DNA of 64,000 nt from Octopus sinensis (Eukaryota). The translations under genes were made by a program, and so were the position numbers. The notes beneath the pieces are model-generated. The model worked only from the letters and a program-made list of their open reading frames with translations. It was not told the origin of the DNA and did not search any database. Where the stretch lies: positions 155,248,001-155,312,000 of the forward strand of contig NC_042998.1 in the NCBI RefSeq assembly GCF_006345805.1, read 5' to 3'. Position 1 is the stretch's first letter, and every line of letters begins with the position of its first letter. Of this stretch, positions 35,723-48,894 are shown piece after piece.

Positions 35723-36247
35723 ATCATCATCATCATCCTCATTTAATGTCCATCTTCCATGCATGCATGAGTAGGACATTTGACAGCAGCCAGCCTAGTA
35801 GAAAATCTGCCCAAGGCTGCTGTGTCTGTTTTGGCAGGGATTTTACAAGTGGATGCCTTTCCTAACACCAACCACTCCACAGAGTGGTCTCACTGTTTTT
35901 CATGTGGCACTAGCACAAGCAAAGTTAGTTTTGCAGGATTTTTACAGTTAGATGCCCTTCCAGATGCCAACCACATTACAATGTGGACTGGATGCTGTTA
36001 TTGTGGCAGCAGCACTGGCAGGCTAACCAAGTAACTCACAAGACAAGGAATTATGAGAGGGGCAGGACATTTGTGTCAGAAGATGTAAATTAGTGTGACA
36101 AAGAGACAGAAGCAGGTGTCTTGCCACAATAGAGGGGGCATTAGGGGAGGTGATCCAGTATCAAATGATGAAAAGTTAGAGTGTAACAGAGAAATAGAGA
36201 GGCAGAAATATGTGCCTTACTATAGAGGAGGTACATGATTAGCCAGT

Positions 36248-36298
<51 letters not shown>

Positions 36299-37047
36299 GA
36301 GAGAGTGAGAGAAAGGTACAGAAAGAGGCCAGAAACAAGTGTGCTGATGTAAATGAGATACTTGGTTACCTAGTCAGAGGAAAAACAAGAGGAGAGAGAG
36401 TAACCAAAGGGAGAGAGAGTGTGTGTGTGTAGGAAACAGGAAAAGTGTAAGAGAGAGCAGAAGAGAGATGGTGTAGTGCTAGGGTATACTCACAAGTAAC
36501 AAAAATATGAGCGTAGAACCTGATTAGAAAATAGGGAGTGGATGTGGGGAGCAGTGATACAGTGGCATGGTAGAGAGGACAGGAAAGGAGATTGGAAAAC
36601 AATCATAATGTGTGAGGAGGAAATGTGAGGAAGAGAATGATGCAATTTGCAGAGGAGTTGTAGTTTGAATTCTTAGGGTAGAGTAGGTGAAAAGTGTTAT
36701 ATATGGGTGGGACACAACTCTTCTAGCACTCAGTTTCGGGAACAGATCTTCCCTAGGACCTCACATTGCCAAACATCTTGGTCTACTGTTATTTCCTCCG
36801 TAAGCCCTAACAACCTGATATCAGTCCTCACCACATTATCCCATGTTTTCCTGGGTCTCCCTCTTCCATAGGTACCATCCACTTTCAGTGACAGGCACTT
36901 CTGTATGCAGATGTCTTCACTCATATGCATCACATGCCCAAACCAACGCAGTCTCCTCTCCTCTATACCACATTTAACCCCTCTTAAACCTAACTTTTCT
37001 CTCAACACAGTTGTGTTTTGTAAGTCATGCACACTGATATTGCAAAT
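35723..37047 (-). mobile_element. RTE LINE 3' fragment (second copy)
   Basis: ORF 36730-37032 (ERRLRWFGHVMHM..GRGRPRKTW); (CAT)n tail at 35723. Confidence 0.88.
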
Positions 37048-37049
37048 CT

Positions 37050-38200
37050 AATGGGAACGAGAATGGGCCTCAACTATGTGAACATGTCCGTTGGCTGTGT
37101 TGTGACACAAATATTCTCACGATTCACTGGTCCAACTCCCAAACTATGCAGTTGTTATATTGATGACTTTATCGGTGTGACCTCACTCTCCCACACATAA
37201 CTAAACTCCTTCCACTCTTTTGTTCAATCCTTCCATCCTGCTCTCAAGTTCTCTTGCACTATTTCCAACACTTCAGTCACATTTCTCAATATTTCGGTCC
37301 ACTCTCGCTACCTCCATCCACTACAAACACACAGACTCACACTCATACGTTAACTTCTCCTCCTCCCATCCTACCCATGCCATACTTCCAATTCATCTGT
37401 CTGCACAGGCTCTGCAGTGACAGCCATGACTTTGAGGCTCAGTCTTAACTCATGGCTTGCCACTTCATCCTTTGTGGATATCCCCTCACCACTATTGACA
37501 CAGCCCTCGCCAGAGCACATTCCATAGACTGTGCCTCTGGTCTCTCTCCCCACACTTGCTCCTGACAGACACCCATCATCGTCCCTATCATATCACCAAC
37601 TCCTTTACTTGTACTTCTTGCAACATCATTTACTGTACCTCCTACTCTTCTGGCCTTCTCTGAACATTGATCAAACAGGACACCACTTGGATGACCAGTT
37701 CTCAGAGTACCTCCAGGACATCAGATATGGCAACGACACCCCAGGCATGTACTATTTCTGCTCTACCAGTTATTCACCACAACACCGGTCTGTGTTTGGA
37801 CTGTCTTTGCACAGGAGTCATCTGGGCCCCAGCATTCACTGTGAACAGAAATTCATCTTCTATCTTTGTTCCTTTGCGCCACATGGGTTCAACTCCTCTC
37901 CTCTCTTGCTCTGACGCCTACTTCTTCTCTTCATTCCTACCCACCTTCTCTCTTCATTGATACCCCTCTGCTCACACCCCATCACACCACTCCTTATCAC
38001 TCCACACACACTAGCACTGATCACTTCCCAGCACCCACAGCACACCCACATACCACCTGCACACCCACACACCATCATCCACACACCCATACATTACAGA
38101 TGCACACACCCACACATTAGACACATGCATACACACACACACACAGAGGCACACATTCACATGTCAAAGTCACTAGCCCCTATCTAAACACACAAACACA
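37050..38200 (+). mobile_element. Penelope-like element, 5'-truncated and decayed
   Basis: MGTRMGLNYVNM..CYIDDFIG (RT); IYC...IDQTG..L.DQFSEYL (GIY-YIG-like). Confidence 0.8.
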
Positions 38201-38366
38201 CACTTTCTCACATACACACATGCATGTGCACCTTCGTTTTGGGATCACCAATAATTTATTATCTCCCCTTCTTTTTCCTGTCAAACCATTTTTTTCCAAC
38301 TAGCCGCCATGCTTAATCACTAAATCCACAAGTTTTTTATTCTCTCTCTGTTTATTTTCTCATATT

Positions 38367-38404
38367 CCTCTCTGTTGAAGAGTGTAGGCTTGAAACATAA
38401 AAGG
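38367..38404 (+). ncRNA. Decayed hammerhead-like motif in a short repeat (~38230-38490)
   Basis: cctct-CTGTTGA-A-GAGT gtag GCTT-GAAAC AT A-aaagg; A6U and a broken stem III. Confidence 0.4.
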
Positions 38405-38536
38405 CTTTCTCACTTTCCTGAGCATCAAACTAATACACCTTCTTGTTGTTCATACACGTCTTTGTCTTTTGTTTTTCTGTAAATTTCAACTATATATATA
38501 TATATATATATATATATGCATGTATGTACGCATACA

Positions 38537-38590
<54 letters not shown>

Positions 38591-39068
38591 CACACACATA
38601 TATATATAAATAAGTAACAAAGATGTACAGGTGTCAATTCATTGTGGTCATTTCAAGTAGTTCTAATTGATTAATGAAAACATTACATCAAGTTTAAAGT
38701 AACAGTTCCCATCAGATGACTGTATGGACTTCAAGCATAAAGAGCAAAACAAATTTACATCAATAATGGAAACCAAGAGTGGATATCTTCACTTAGTTGG
38801 GTTGTGTTGTCTACACACACGACAGAAATATTGGGTACAAATACCACTAATGTTGTTTTGATATTCAATATTCAAATAATATTGTTGGGGGTGTGCAAAT
38901 TATACCAAACTATCAAGGGGCCTCAATTTAAGTACTTGAGTCAACTGAATCTTACATACACACACACACACACATATAGCAAATCCAAAATAGAAAAACA
39001 AACACAAAAAACAACACAAGGACGTGGTAGATGTACAGTATTAGCAGATGCTCAGGGAAGGAAAGATG

Positions 39069-39104
39069 GTTTCACATTTTGAGCAAACACTCTTCTTCAG
39101 AAAC
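39069..39104 (-). ncRNA. Decayed hammerhead-like motif in a short repeat (~39000-39230)
   Basis: GTTT-CTGAAGA-A-GAGT gttt GCTC-AAAAT GT G-AAAC; G12 lost, consistent with CpG decay. Confidence 0.45.
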
Positions 39105-39762
39105 AGAGGAAAGTTCAATAGAAAGGAAGATGGAGGAAGAAAATCGCCAACAATTCACATTTTAAAATGACTGGAAGGGAATGGGTGAAGAAAAGGTTCT
39201 TTCTAACACAGGTGAATGTAAGAGGAGGTATATGTGTGTGTATGTGCGTGCGCGCAAGTCTGTGTGCGTGTGGTTTTGGCTGTTTGTATGTGTATGTGTG
39301 AGTGAATTTTGTGTTGCTTAATGTTGTAGGAAGAATTCAGTAGCATGGCAGCAGGAGTGGCAGTCTTTTGTGTAGTTGTGTGTTTCTTCACATGTGTGTA
39401 GAGGAATGGTCAGTAGAAAGGTATTTGACTGGCAGTTTGAAATATGCATGTCGTATGTACATGTGTGCATGTGTATAAGTGTGTGCACGTGTGTGAGTGT
39501 ATGTGCATGCGTACATGTGTGTATATGTGTGCATGTGTATGTGGAGGTATATGTGCTCTGATGTGTGTGTGCGTGGGGTTGTGTTATGTGGAAATATATG
39601 TGTGTTCCTGTGTGAGTGTGCATGTGCATGTATGCGCATACATAAGTACGTATATATATATATATATATATAGATATATATGTATATATGCATACATGTG
39701 TATATATACATATATTTAAATATATACATACATATGTGTGTGTGTATTGCCGAGAGAGGCTC

Positions 39763-39855
39763 CCTTTCTTTCCTGATGAGAAGATTGCATCATACATCCT
39801 TTATTCCTTTGGAATGAAACCATGTGGTCTTCGAAACATATGTCGAGAGTAAAGG
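39763..39855 (+). ncRNA. Type I hammerhead ribozyme with an intact core
   Basis: Stem I CCTTTCTTTC/GAGAG(T)AAAGG; CTGATGA; stem II GAAGATTGCAT/ATGTGGTCTTC; GAAAC atat GTC; predicted cleavage after 39844. Confidence 0.9.
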
Positions 39856-39896
39856 AATTTTGTTAACATCTTCGTTCGACTCCATTCTTTCATTTA

Positions 39897-39936
<40 letters not shown>

Positions 39937-40021
39937 GGTCCCGGGTTGATTCGGGGTTAACCACAGTCAATAAGGTACTCAATACATAGCAGAGTAAAAT
40001 TAATTTATTATATAGAAGGAG

Positions 40022-40064
40022 CTTCTACAGGACTAGAACTGTTTCATTCAAGAGAAATCTTCAG

Positions 40065-40067
<3 letters not shown>
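40022..40067 (-). ncRNA. Type I hammerhead ribozyme motif, nearly intact
   Basis: TTC-CTGAAGA-tTTC tctt GAAt-GAAACAG ttctagtc CTGTA-GAA; U.U mismatch at the base of stem II. Confidence 0.65.
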
Positions 40068-40113
<46 letters not shown>

Positions 40114-40117
40114 CATA

Positions 40118-40530
40118 GGCGCAGGAGTGGCTGTGTGGTAAGTAGCTTGCTAACCAACCACATGGTTCTGGGTTCAGTCCCACTGCGTGGTATCTTGGGC
40201 AAGTGTCTTCTGCTATAGCCCCGGGCCGACCAATGCCTTGTGAGTGGATTTGGTAGACGGAAACTGAAAGAAGCCTGTCATATATATGTATATATATATA
40301 TATATATGTGTGTGTATGTGTTTGTGTGTCTGTGTTTATCCCCCTAGCATTGCTTAACAACCGACGCTGGTGTGTTTACGTCCCCGTCACTTAGCAGTTT
40401 GGCAAAAGAGACCAATAGAATAAGTACTGGGCTTACAAAGAATAAGTCCCGGGGTCGAGTTGTTCGACTAAAGGCGGTGCTCCAGCATGGCCGCAGTCAA
40501 ATGACTGAAACAAGTAAAAGAATAAAAGAA
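40118..40530 (+). mobile_element. tRNA-derived SINE, full length
   Basis: GGCGCAGGAGTGGCTGTGTGGTAAG head; tail ...gactgaaacaagtaaaagaataaaagaa. Confidence 0.92.
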
Positions 40531-40588
40531 CAGAAAAAGAAAGAACATACATATATACATGTGTGTGTGTGTATATATATATATATAT

Positions 40589-40628
<40 letters not shown>

Positions 40629-40639
40629 AGAGAGAGAAC

Positions 40640-42993
40640 AAGTTTGTGGATGGTGCAAAGTCCCTTCCAGACCTAGAGTTACATAGTGGTGGAATAGTAC
40701 GGTAGACAAAGCCATTAGAGCAAAGAAACAGGCCTGGAAAGCCTGGAAGGGTGGGGGAAGAATGGAACTGTACCAGGAAGCAAAAAGTGGGGCTGGGCAG
40801 CAGGTATACATAGCCAAGTGTGAAGTGGAAATGAAGAAGTCTGCCATTGTCCAGCGATGTGAGGGCCGAAGAACTGGGGTATTTCGGTTTGCAAGACAGT
40901 GTATGAGAGAAAATTGTGATGTCACAGGAGAGAAATGTGTCCGCATGGATGATGGTGCACTTACTTTTAATGATTTGGAAAAGAAACAGGCTTGAAGAAG
41001 CCATTATCAAAGACGGCTGAATGTGAAAAATGAATGGGAGGAGGAGAGCCTGCCAAAAGTTGACCCAGTAGAGGGACCAGCTATCCGAATAGACAGCTCC
41101 CTTGTAGATAAAGCAGTTAAGGGGTATGAAGCCAGGAAAAGCCCCCGGCCCATCAGGAATCACTGCTGAGATGCTTAAAACATCTGGTGGTGTGGGCTAT
41201 GGCCTTGTCACCTGCATTGTAAACCAGGTAGTTCATGATGGAGTCATACCCAATGACTGGCGTAGCAGCACCATAGTCAACTGCTACAAGGGTAAAGGTG
41301 ATGCTCTAGATAAAAATAACTACAGGGGTATCAAACTGCTGGATCAGGTGATGAAGGTCATGGAGAAGGTCATAGCCCATCTCATTAGAGAGAGAGTCTG
41401 CTTAGATGAGATGTAGTTCAGTTTTGTGCCAGATAGAAACACCACTGATGCCATATTCCTAGTTTGACAACTGCAGGAGAAATACCTAGCTAAAGATAAA
41501 CCCCTATACTTAGCTTTTGTGGACTTGGAGAAAGCTTTTGACAGGGTCTCCCCATCCCTTATCTGGTGGGCAATGCAGAAACTGGAGACTGACGAATGGT
41601 TAATAAGGGTAGTACAGAGAGGCCGTTAGTAAGGTTATGATTGGCAATGAGTACAGTGAAGGATTCCGGGTAGAAGTAGGGGTCCACCAAGGTTCAACCC
41701 TCAGTACCCTTTTATTATTCAAAGTCCTTCAGGCAATAACAGAGGAATTCAAGAAGGGTTGCCCCTGGGAGCTCCTCTATGCTGATGACCTGGCCCTCGT
41801 AGCAGAATCTCTACCGAAACTAGAAAAGAAATTTTGGCGGTGGAAGCTAGGTTTAGATTCAAAAGGCCTCAGAGTCAATGCAGCAAAAACCAAATTTCTA
41901 GTAAGTAGGAATGCAAGCTCATTACACACACCATCAGGTAGGTGGCCCTGCTCGATCTGTAGAAAAGGTGTAGGTAGAAACTCCAAAAGATGTACCCAGT
42001 GTAAGCTATGGACACATAAGAGGTGCAGCAATATCAAAGGAAAATTAACTGAGAAGATAGCTTTCGTGTGCGGCAGATGCACAGGGGCAATAGACACCAC
42101 AGATGCTCAGAAAACAAATTCGATCACACTCCAGGGGAAGAAACTAGAAGTAGTTGATAGCTTCCGCTATCTAGGTGACCAAGTTAGTAGTGGGGGTGGA
42201 TGCTCAGAGAGTGTAACCACCAAAATAAGAATAGCCTGGGCAAAGTTTAGAAAACTTCTCCTACTGGCGACAAAAGGTCTCTCACTCAGAGTGCCATGCT
42301 TTATGGCAGTGAAGCATGGGCCATGACTGCGGAGGACATGTGTAGGCTCAAAAGAAATGAAGCTAGCATGATCCGCTAGATGTGTAATGTCAGTGTGTAC
42401 ACACGACAAACCATGAGTGCTTTGAGAGAAATGTTGGATGTAAGAAGCATCGGATGTGGCGTGCAGGAGAGATGTTTGCATTGGTATGGTCATGTACTAT
42501 GGATGGATGAGGAGAGAAGTTTGAAGAAGTGCCACTCCCAAACAGTTGAAGGAATCTGGGGTAGAGGTAGACCCAGGAAGACATAGGATGAGGTGGTCAA
42601 GCATGACCTTCAAACGTTGTGCCTCACAGAAGCAATGACGAAAGACTGAGACCTCTGGAGATATACCGTGACTGTGAAGACCTGACAATTGAAGTGATTT
42701 CATGGCTCGCAGAATGGCTTGCTGTGCTTAATTTGGATCGTTGGGCAACCTGCTGTGCTTGAGGAGACCTAGTGTGTCAAGTACATCAACATCAAAATAA
42801 AAATCAAATGGAAATTGTAGTTGTGATACCCGTACCGGTGGCAAATAAAAAGCACCCACTACACTCATGGAGTGGTTGGCATTAGGAAGAGCATCCAGCT
42901 GTAGAAACACTGCCAGATCAGACTGGAGCCTGGTGCAGCCTCCTGGCTTCGCATCCAATGCTAGCATGGAAAGCAAAAGTTAAACGATAATGA

Positions 42994-42995
<2 letters not shown>
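40640..42995 (+). mobile_element. RTE LINE, 5'-truncated, RT with frameshifts
   Basis: ORFs 41126-41416 (KGDALDKNNYRGIKLL) and 41637-42326 (VGVHQGS..PWELLYADDL); gatgat tail. Confidence 0.95.
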
Positions 42996-43030
<35 letters not shown>

Positions 43031-43052
43031 TATAGATATATGTATATATACA

Positions 43053-43444
43053 TACTCTTTTACTCCTTTTTTTATTTCTTTCAACCATTTGACTGTAGCT
43101 ATGCTGGAGCAGGCCATTAATCAAAGAAATCAACCCCAGAATTTATTCATTGTAAGCCTAGTACTTATTCTATCAGTCTCCTTTGCCAAACCGCTAAGTT
43201 ACAGGGACGTAAGCACGCCAGCATCAGTTGTCAAGTGATGGTGGGTGGGCAAACACAGACACACAAACACACATATATATATGACAGGCTTCTTTCAGTT
43301 TCCATCTACCAAATCCATCCTCAAGGCTTTGGTCAGCCCAAAGCTATAGTAGAAGACACTTGCTCAAAGTGTCATGCAGTGGACCTGAACCCAGAACCAT
43401 GAGGTTGTTAAGTAAGCTACTTACTACATAGCCACTCCTTCACC
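43053..43444 (-). mobile_element. tRNA-derived SINE
   Basis: Reverse complement of the family at 25898 and 40118. Confidence 0.85.
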
Positions 43445-43481
43445 TCATTGCCACTCCATACATGTGCGTATGTGTGTGTGT

Positions 43482-43528
<47 letters not shown>

Positions 43529-44608
43529 TACATACATAGTTTATAAAGGAGAAAGATATTCTCCCTCTAGAATATACTTCATAGTGCTCAAGAGATCCAT
43601 TTAAACTTGAAGTGGAGGAGTAAATGTAAGGATAAGCAAGTTAGGCAAGTCAATATACAAATAATATTAAATACATTTAATACAAAAAATGTACATATCT
43701 TTATATATAAAAAAGGTATGACTTACACAGAATAGAAATGATATCAGGAAGGAAAGGGACTGAATAAGAGTTTTATGAGTTCAACAGCTGTTTCTGGGGG
43801 GCTTGGTGGTTCAAAATAATGATTGCAAATTGATTCCATCATCGGCTAATACCAGCCTCCACTTTCATGGAAGAATTTTACATTTGAGGTGTTCAAAAAG
43901 TAGGAAGGGGTGGTGTGTGCAAGTTTATATATGTGAGTGTGTGTATGTGCTTATATGCTTGTGCATTTATGTCCATATTTATGTGGGTGTATGTGTGCAT
44001 GAGTGTACACGCACACACCCACACACATGAATGAATGTGTGTGCACACATGCACATTTGTACACTCATATACATATATGCCCACATGTATGTGTGCATGT
44101 ACATGTATGCACATGCATACACATATTTGTTCATATATGTGTAATGTGTGCGCATGAGCATGCACACCAATGCATCCTTGCATAAATAGACATACATGCA
44201 CAAGCATAGAAGCACATACACACTCACATACATGTATATACTTGCGCTCACTTTCTCTTCTTACTTCCCCTCCAACCATGCGACCAATTTCCTGTCCATC
44301 AAGTGGTTGATTTCATGTTCACTGTGTGGTATTTTCCAAGTAACTGTTGACACTGATATACCAAAATCAAACCACCACACTGCTTGAACTTTCTTGACCA
44401 ATCGCAGCCCACCTTATGGTAATAGCATTCAACTTCCTTTAACTTTTCTCATTCACATTCTCAATAGCTGAAGATTAGCAACATGCTTGAAACTTGGAGT
44501 ACCAACAAATTGGAATCAAACTGTTTTGATCCATACATATAAGTCACAATAAGTGCGTTGAGTGCCCTACTTTCTTATTCCACTCACTTGTATACATATA
44601 TACATATA

Positions 44609-44876
44609 AAAAGCACCTTTCGAGTGTTGAGCCTCACAGAGGCAATGTCATATGACTGAGACCTTCAGCAATATGCCACGCTTGAGTAGAAGACCCTTGA
44701 AGCCAAGTGTAACCATAGTTGTGGCAGATACTAGTATCACACAACTGGCATGTAAAAGCACCTAGTACACTGTTGGAGTGGTTGGAATTATGAAGGGTAT
44801 CCAATCGTGGAAACCATGCCAAATCAGACTGGAGTCTGGTGCAGCCTCCCAGCTTACCAGCTCTGGTCAAACCAGG
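44609..44876 (+). mobile_element. RTE 3' UTR fragment
   Basis: aaaagcacc..tacact..ggagtggttgg..cagactggagtctggtgcagcc, as at 42850-42945. Confidence 0.75.
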
Positions 44877-45959
44877 TATGAAAGCTGAAAGTTTTGAAGC
44901 AGTTTTTGTAATTATCATTTTCCTCTTTGATTTTCAAAGAAATATTCTCACCAGCAAGGTAACTATCTTTATAATGATACACACTTTTTCTTGCCTGTCA
45001 TGTTTAAAGGGCATGTTCTACCAGTATTCCTTGTGTTGATATTTGTGTAAGTATTCAATAGCAGGGAGAGGTTCTCTATATTTATCCCAGAGTAGTCATT
45101 CTTTTCAGATCGTGCTGTATATTGTGTTAGCAACAGTGTTATGTTGCATTGGGAAGAAGGAGTTTATTCATTAATAACATCTGTCTGTGAACATAGTGGA
45201 ACAATATCATGATGTCTATTTCAATCATGCTTTCAGTATTTTAATGATTTAATGTTGATACCCTTATTTATGTATCTTGTTATTATTTAGGCTTGTCAGA
45301 GATGGTATACAGAAGGATGTCCAGCTACTCTTTGGCAGAGTTGAGACATACTCTAGTACATTTTATGTTTTGAGGAGCTGAAACCCATTGAAACCCAGGC
45401 TGTAACAGAAAGCAGACTTTTGCAATAGTACTCAGTTTCAGAATTTGTATAGTTTACAGTGCCAAAGTTTGGTACCAGCCCTTCCAAATTCCCAGTGTAC
45501 ATTACTCTCTTCACCATAATAGAGAATATAACATCAGAACTTTCAACTTTTAATAGCTCATCTGCAGCATGGAATTTTTTTGTGTAGGCCCTTTAGATTC
45601 TAGGTATTGTCTGGTAGTTATGCTGAAGCACCACTTCAAACACTTTTTGTTTGTTATATTCAACAGAGTACTTAAGAATGAAACTAAGTTATTCAGTACT
45701 TAATTACCATAGGATATTTTGTTCAGTGACTTCTCTTATCATTACATTTGGATGTCCATTGAGATCTGATGACAATGTGTGCTGCTCATAATAAATGTAT
45801 AATAATTGATCCATAGTAGCATTAGCCATGAGCCCAAGGTGTTAAAAAGACTTGGACATATAGTGCAATTAAGCACTCACTAGAAAAGGTCATTTGGGGC
45901 TATTGAGTAGGAGGACAAAAGTTTAGGTCTTCAAGTCTCCTTGTCTTACTCTACAGTTA

Positions 45960-46150
45960 AAAGACCTGATCACTCTTCAGAACCCATAGGGGTCACCTGA
46001 ACTCATTTGGTATTAGGTTGCTTTACAGGATTATGGATTTTGTATCTCCCTGACTTGCTCTACAAATAAAAGACCTGGTCACTGTTTGGGACCCATAGGA
46101 GTCATCTGAGCTCATTTGGTATTAGGTTGCTTCACAGGATTAAGGGTTTC
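45960..46150 (+). repeat. ~109-bp tandem duplication
   Basis: aaaagacctg(a/g)tcact...ctcatttggtattaggttgctt(t/c)acaggatta occurs twice. Confidence 0.8.
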
Positions 46151-47300
46151 ATTGGTTGGGTCTTGTATCCAACCAATGGCTATACTCAGAAACTGGGATG
46201 CATCCTGTTACTTGTATATGGGAACATCAGCTCACACTGTTTGATCATGTTACTCTATTTTCCAAGTTAGATTCTGCATACTGTATTCTATTCTCAGAGG
46301 GGGTTTGACTGGGGTGACAGCTCATATTGGTTGATCACATGTTACATGGTCACAATGGATGAGAAAGTATCTTGTGGAGACTGACTGGGACACTGCTCAG
46401 GGGGTTGCCTGGGATGACCTAAGCAAATACTGGTGAATGATGGATACATTTCTCACCTGATAATATGTAACAGAATTGTAAAAACAAAAAGGAAGGATGG
46501 TACATAGTTAAAAATATAATATTTAATAGATAAGTTAGTGTTAATATATTCAATGTGCTGAGCATGAAAAGTCTAATTAGAATTACTTATCTGGTGAAAA
46601 AAAGACATAGTTCAATGACTTGTATTATTTTGATCACAGTGATATGTGTAAGAATCAACTGTAGATATGTTTCAGTCTTAATGAATGTTTTCAGTGAAGA
46701 AACTTTAAACAGATATAACATATTGCACATGTGAAAAAAGTTTATTTTTAAAGAGACTAGGTTGGAGTTTATAATTTACTGAGGATGTCTAACAGAACCA
46801 AAACACATTTGAAATTGACTCCTGTAGTTTTCGAATAATTAATATATGTCATTGAACTTTATTTTTTTATTTCACCATATAAGTATTTGTAAATAGATTT
46901 TTTATGCTGACTACAGTATATATGCTAACACTAATTCACCTATTGTTTTCATGCAGATTGTGGCTGAGTAATTAACATCAGCCATTGATTTTTTAATATG
47001 CTAATATTTCATGCTACTCATGTACAGTATTAAGTAGTTTTTCATATTTCACAGACACACACACACATATATATAATCAGCTTTTACATGATACAGAGAG
47101 TAAAATGTGTACTTATAATATAAATGACTCATTAATAATGTAGTTAATCACTATGTTTCAACAAAATGTGCAGGAAAATAACAAGTCAAAATGCAGGCAG
47201 AACAGTGATAGTGATCAGTAATTTAGTGTGACAATATACATAACACTTCTTTGCATGGGTGAAGATGTGTCTACAAATATCTCAAATGTGACATTTGTAT

Positions 47301-47342
<42 letters not shown>

Positions 47343-47946
47343 ACACACACACACAATATGCTTTAAAATTAAGTTGCTATTTAAAGACATGAAGAAATCT
47401 TTTGCACAAGCTTGAAAATCTCTGATGTGATTTCACAATCAGGACATTACAATATGCCATGCTACAATAACATATGCTCAAAATTGCATACTTTAATTCA
47501 TGTGCAAGTTATTTCTTACTTACATCTTTTTTCCTTAAGACCTTGAGACATAAAGTGCTGTTTGTTTCATTAGATGTCAAACAAGGTGGCTATAAAGTAA
47601 ATAAAAAGTTGAGCAGATTCAAAAAGCAATTATTTTCAAAATATTATTTCTTTTAACCTATTGTTTGAAAACACGGTAAACTTGATAGTTTAATTATTAG
47701 TATTTAAAATAGAGAGGATATGACAATGTGCAATCTTGTTTTTAGTAAGATTGGAAGAATATTTAAAAGAATGATATAATCAAATAACAACTCTTGTAAA
47801 TTTATTGAACATACATTAATGCCATACTTCCATTTTCATATGCAACAGCAAACTAAAGCAGTTATAAAATGGTTGATAATAACAAAAATGTATTCCTATA
47901 TGAGATTTAAAAGTAAAGTGTTTTTTTCTTTAATTTCTTTATTGAA

Positions 47947-48885
47947 ACCCAGTGCAAGCTTTGGACACATAAAAGATGTAGCGGTATCACAGGAAGGTTA
48001 ACAGAGAAAATAGTCTTTGTGTGTGGAAAATGTGTGGGTACAATAAGCACTAAAAATGCAAAGACTCCCTCAAATGCTCAAGGAGATCATTAGAAATAGT
48101 AGATAGCTTCTGTTACCAAGGTGACCAAGTTAGCAGTGGAGGAGGAAGTTCTTTCAGTGTAGTTGCTAGAATAAGAATAGGCTGGGAAAAGTTCAGAGAA
48201 CTTCAACCTTTGTTGATCACTAAGAGCCTCTCCCTCAGAATGTAAGGTAGACTGTATGATACCTGTGTACATACAACTAAGCTACATGACAATGAAACAT
48301 GGCTATTGACTACAGAGGACTTGCAAAGGATTGAAAGAAATGAAGCTAGCATGTTCCGCTGCATGGTTAATGTCAGTGTGCCAACACAACAGAGTGTAAA
48401 TGTTCTAAGAGAAAAACTGGGTATAAGAGGCATCAGTTGTTGTGTGCAAGAAAGAAGACTGTGCTGGTTTGATCATATGATGAGGACCACTGCATAAAGA
48501 AGTTCTGAGCTATAATTGAGGAGGAAACCTGTGGAAGGGGTAGACCCAGGAAGATGTGGGACGAAGTGGTAAGAAAGGATCTTTAGATGCTGGGCATCAC
48601 TAAGAAAATAACAAGGGACTGGGAGTTGTACTTGAGAAGACACAACAAGCTAAGTAAAATCAGTCATTCATACATATATACTTGTCCTTTACAGGTGCCG
48701 GTACCACATAAAAAACACTTGTGCCAGTACTACATAAATGCATCCATGCTGGTGGCAGGTAAAAAGGCACCCAGCACACTCTGTAAAGAGGTTGGCATTA
48801 GGAAGGACATCCAGCCATAGAAACCATGCCACAATAAACAATTGGAGTCTGGACCGTTCCCCAGCTGGCCAGTTCCTGCCAATCA
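47947..48885 (+). mobile_element. RTE LINE 3' fragment
   Basis: ORF 48306-48497 (ERNEASMFRCM..LREKLGIRGI..ERRLCWF). Confidence 0.85.
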
Positions 48886-48894
48886 TCTAAATAA

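Noticed and set aside
40468-41163. 231-aa minus-strand ORF (and other long antisense ORFs such as 58991-59491)
   Set aside because: Antisense shadows of LINE coding sequence.
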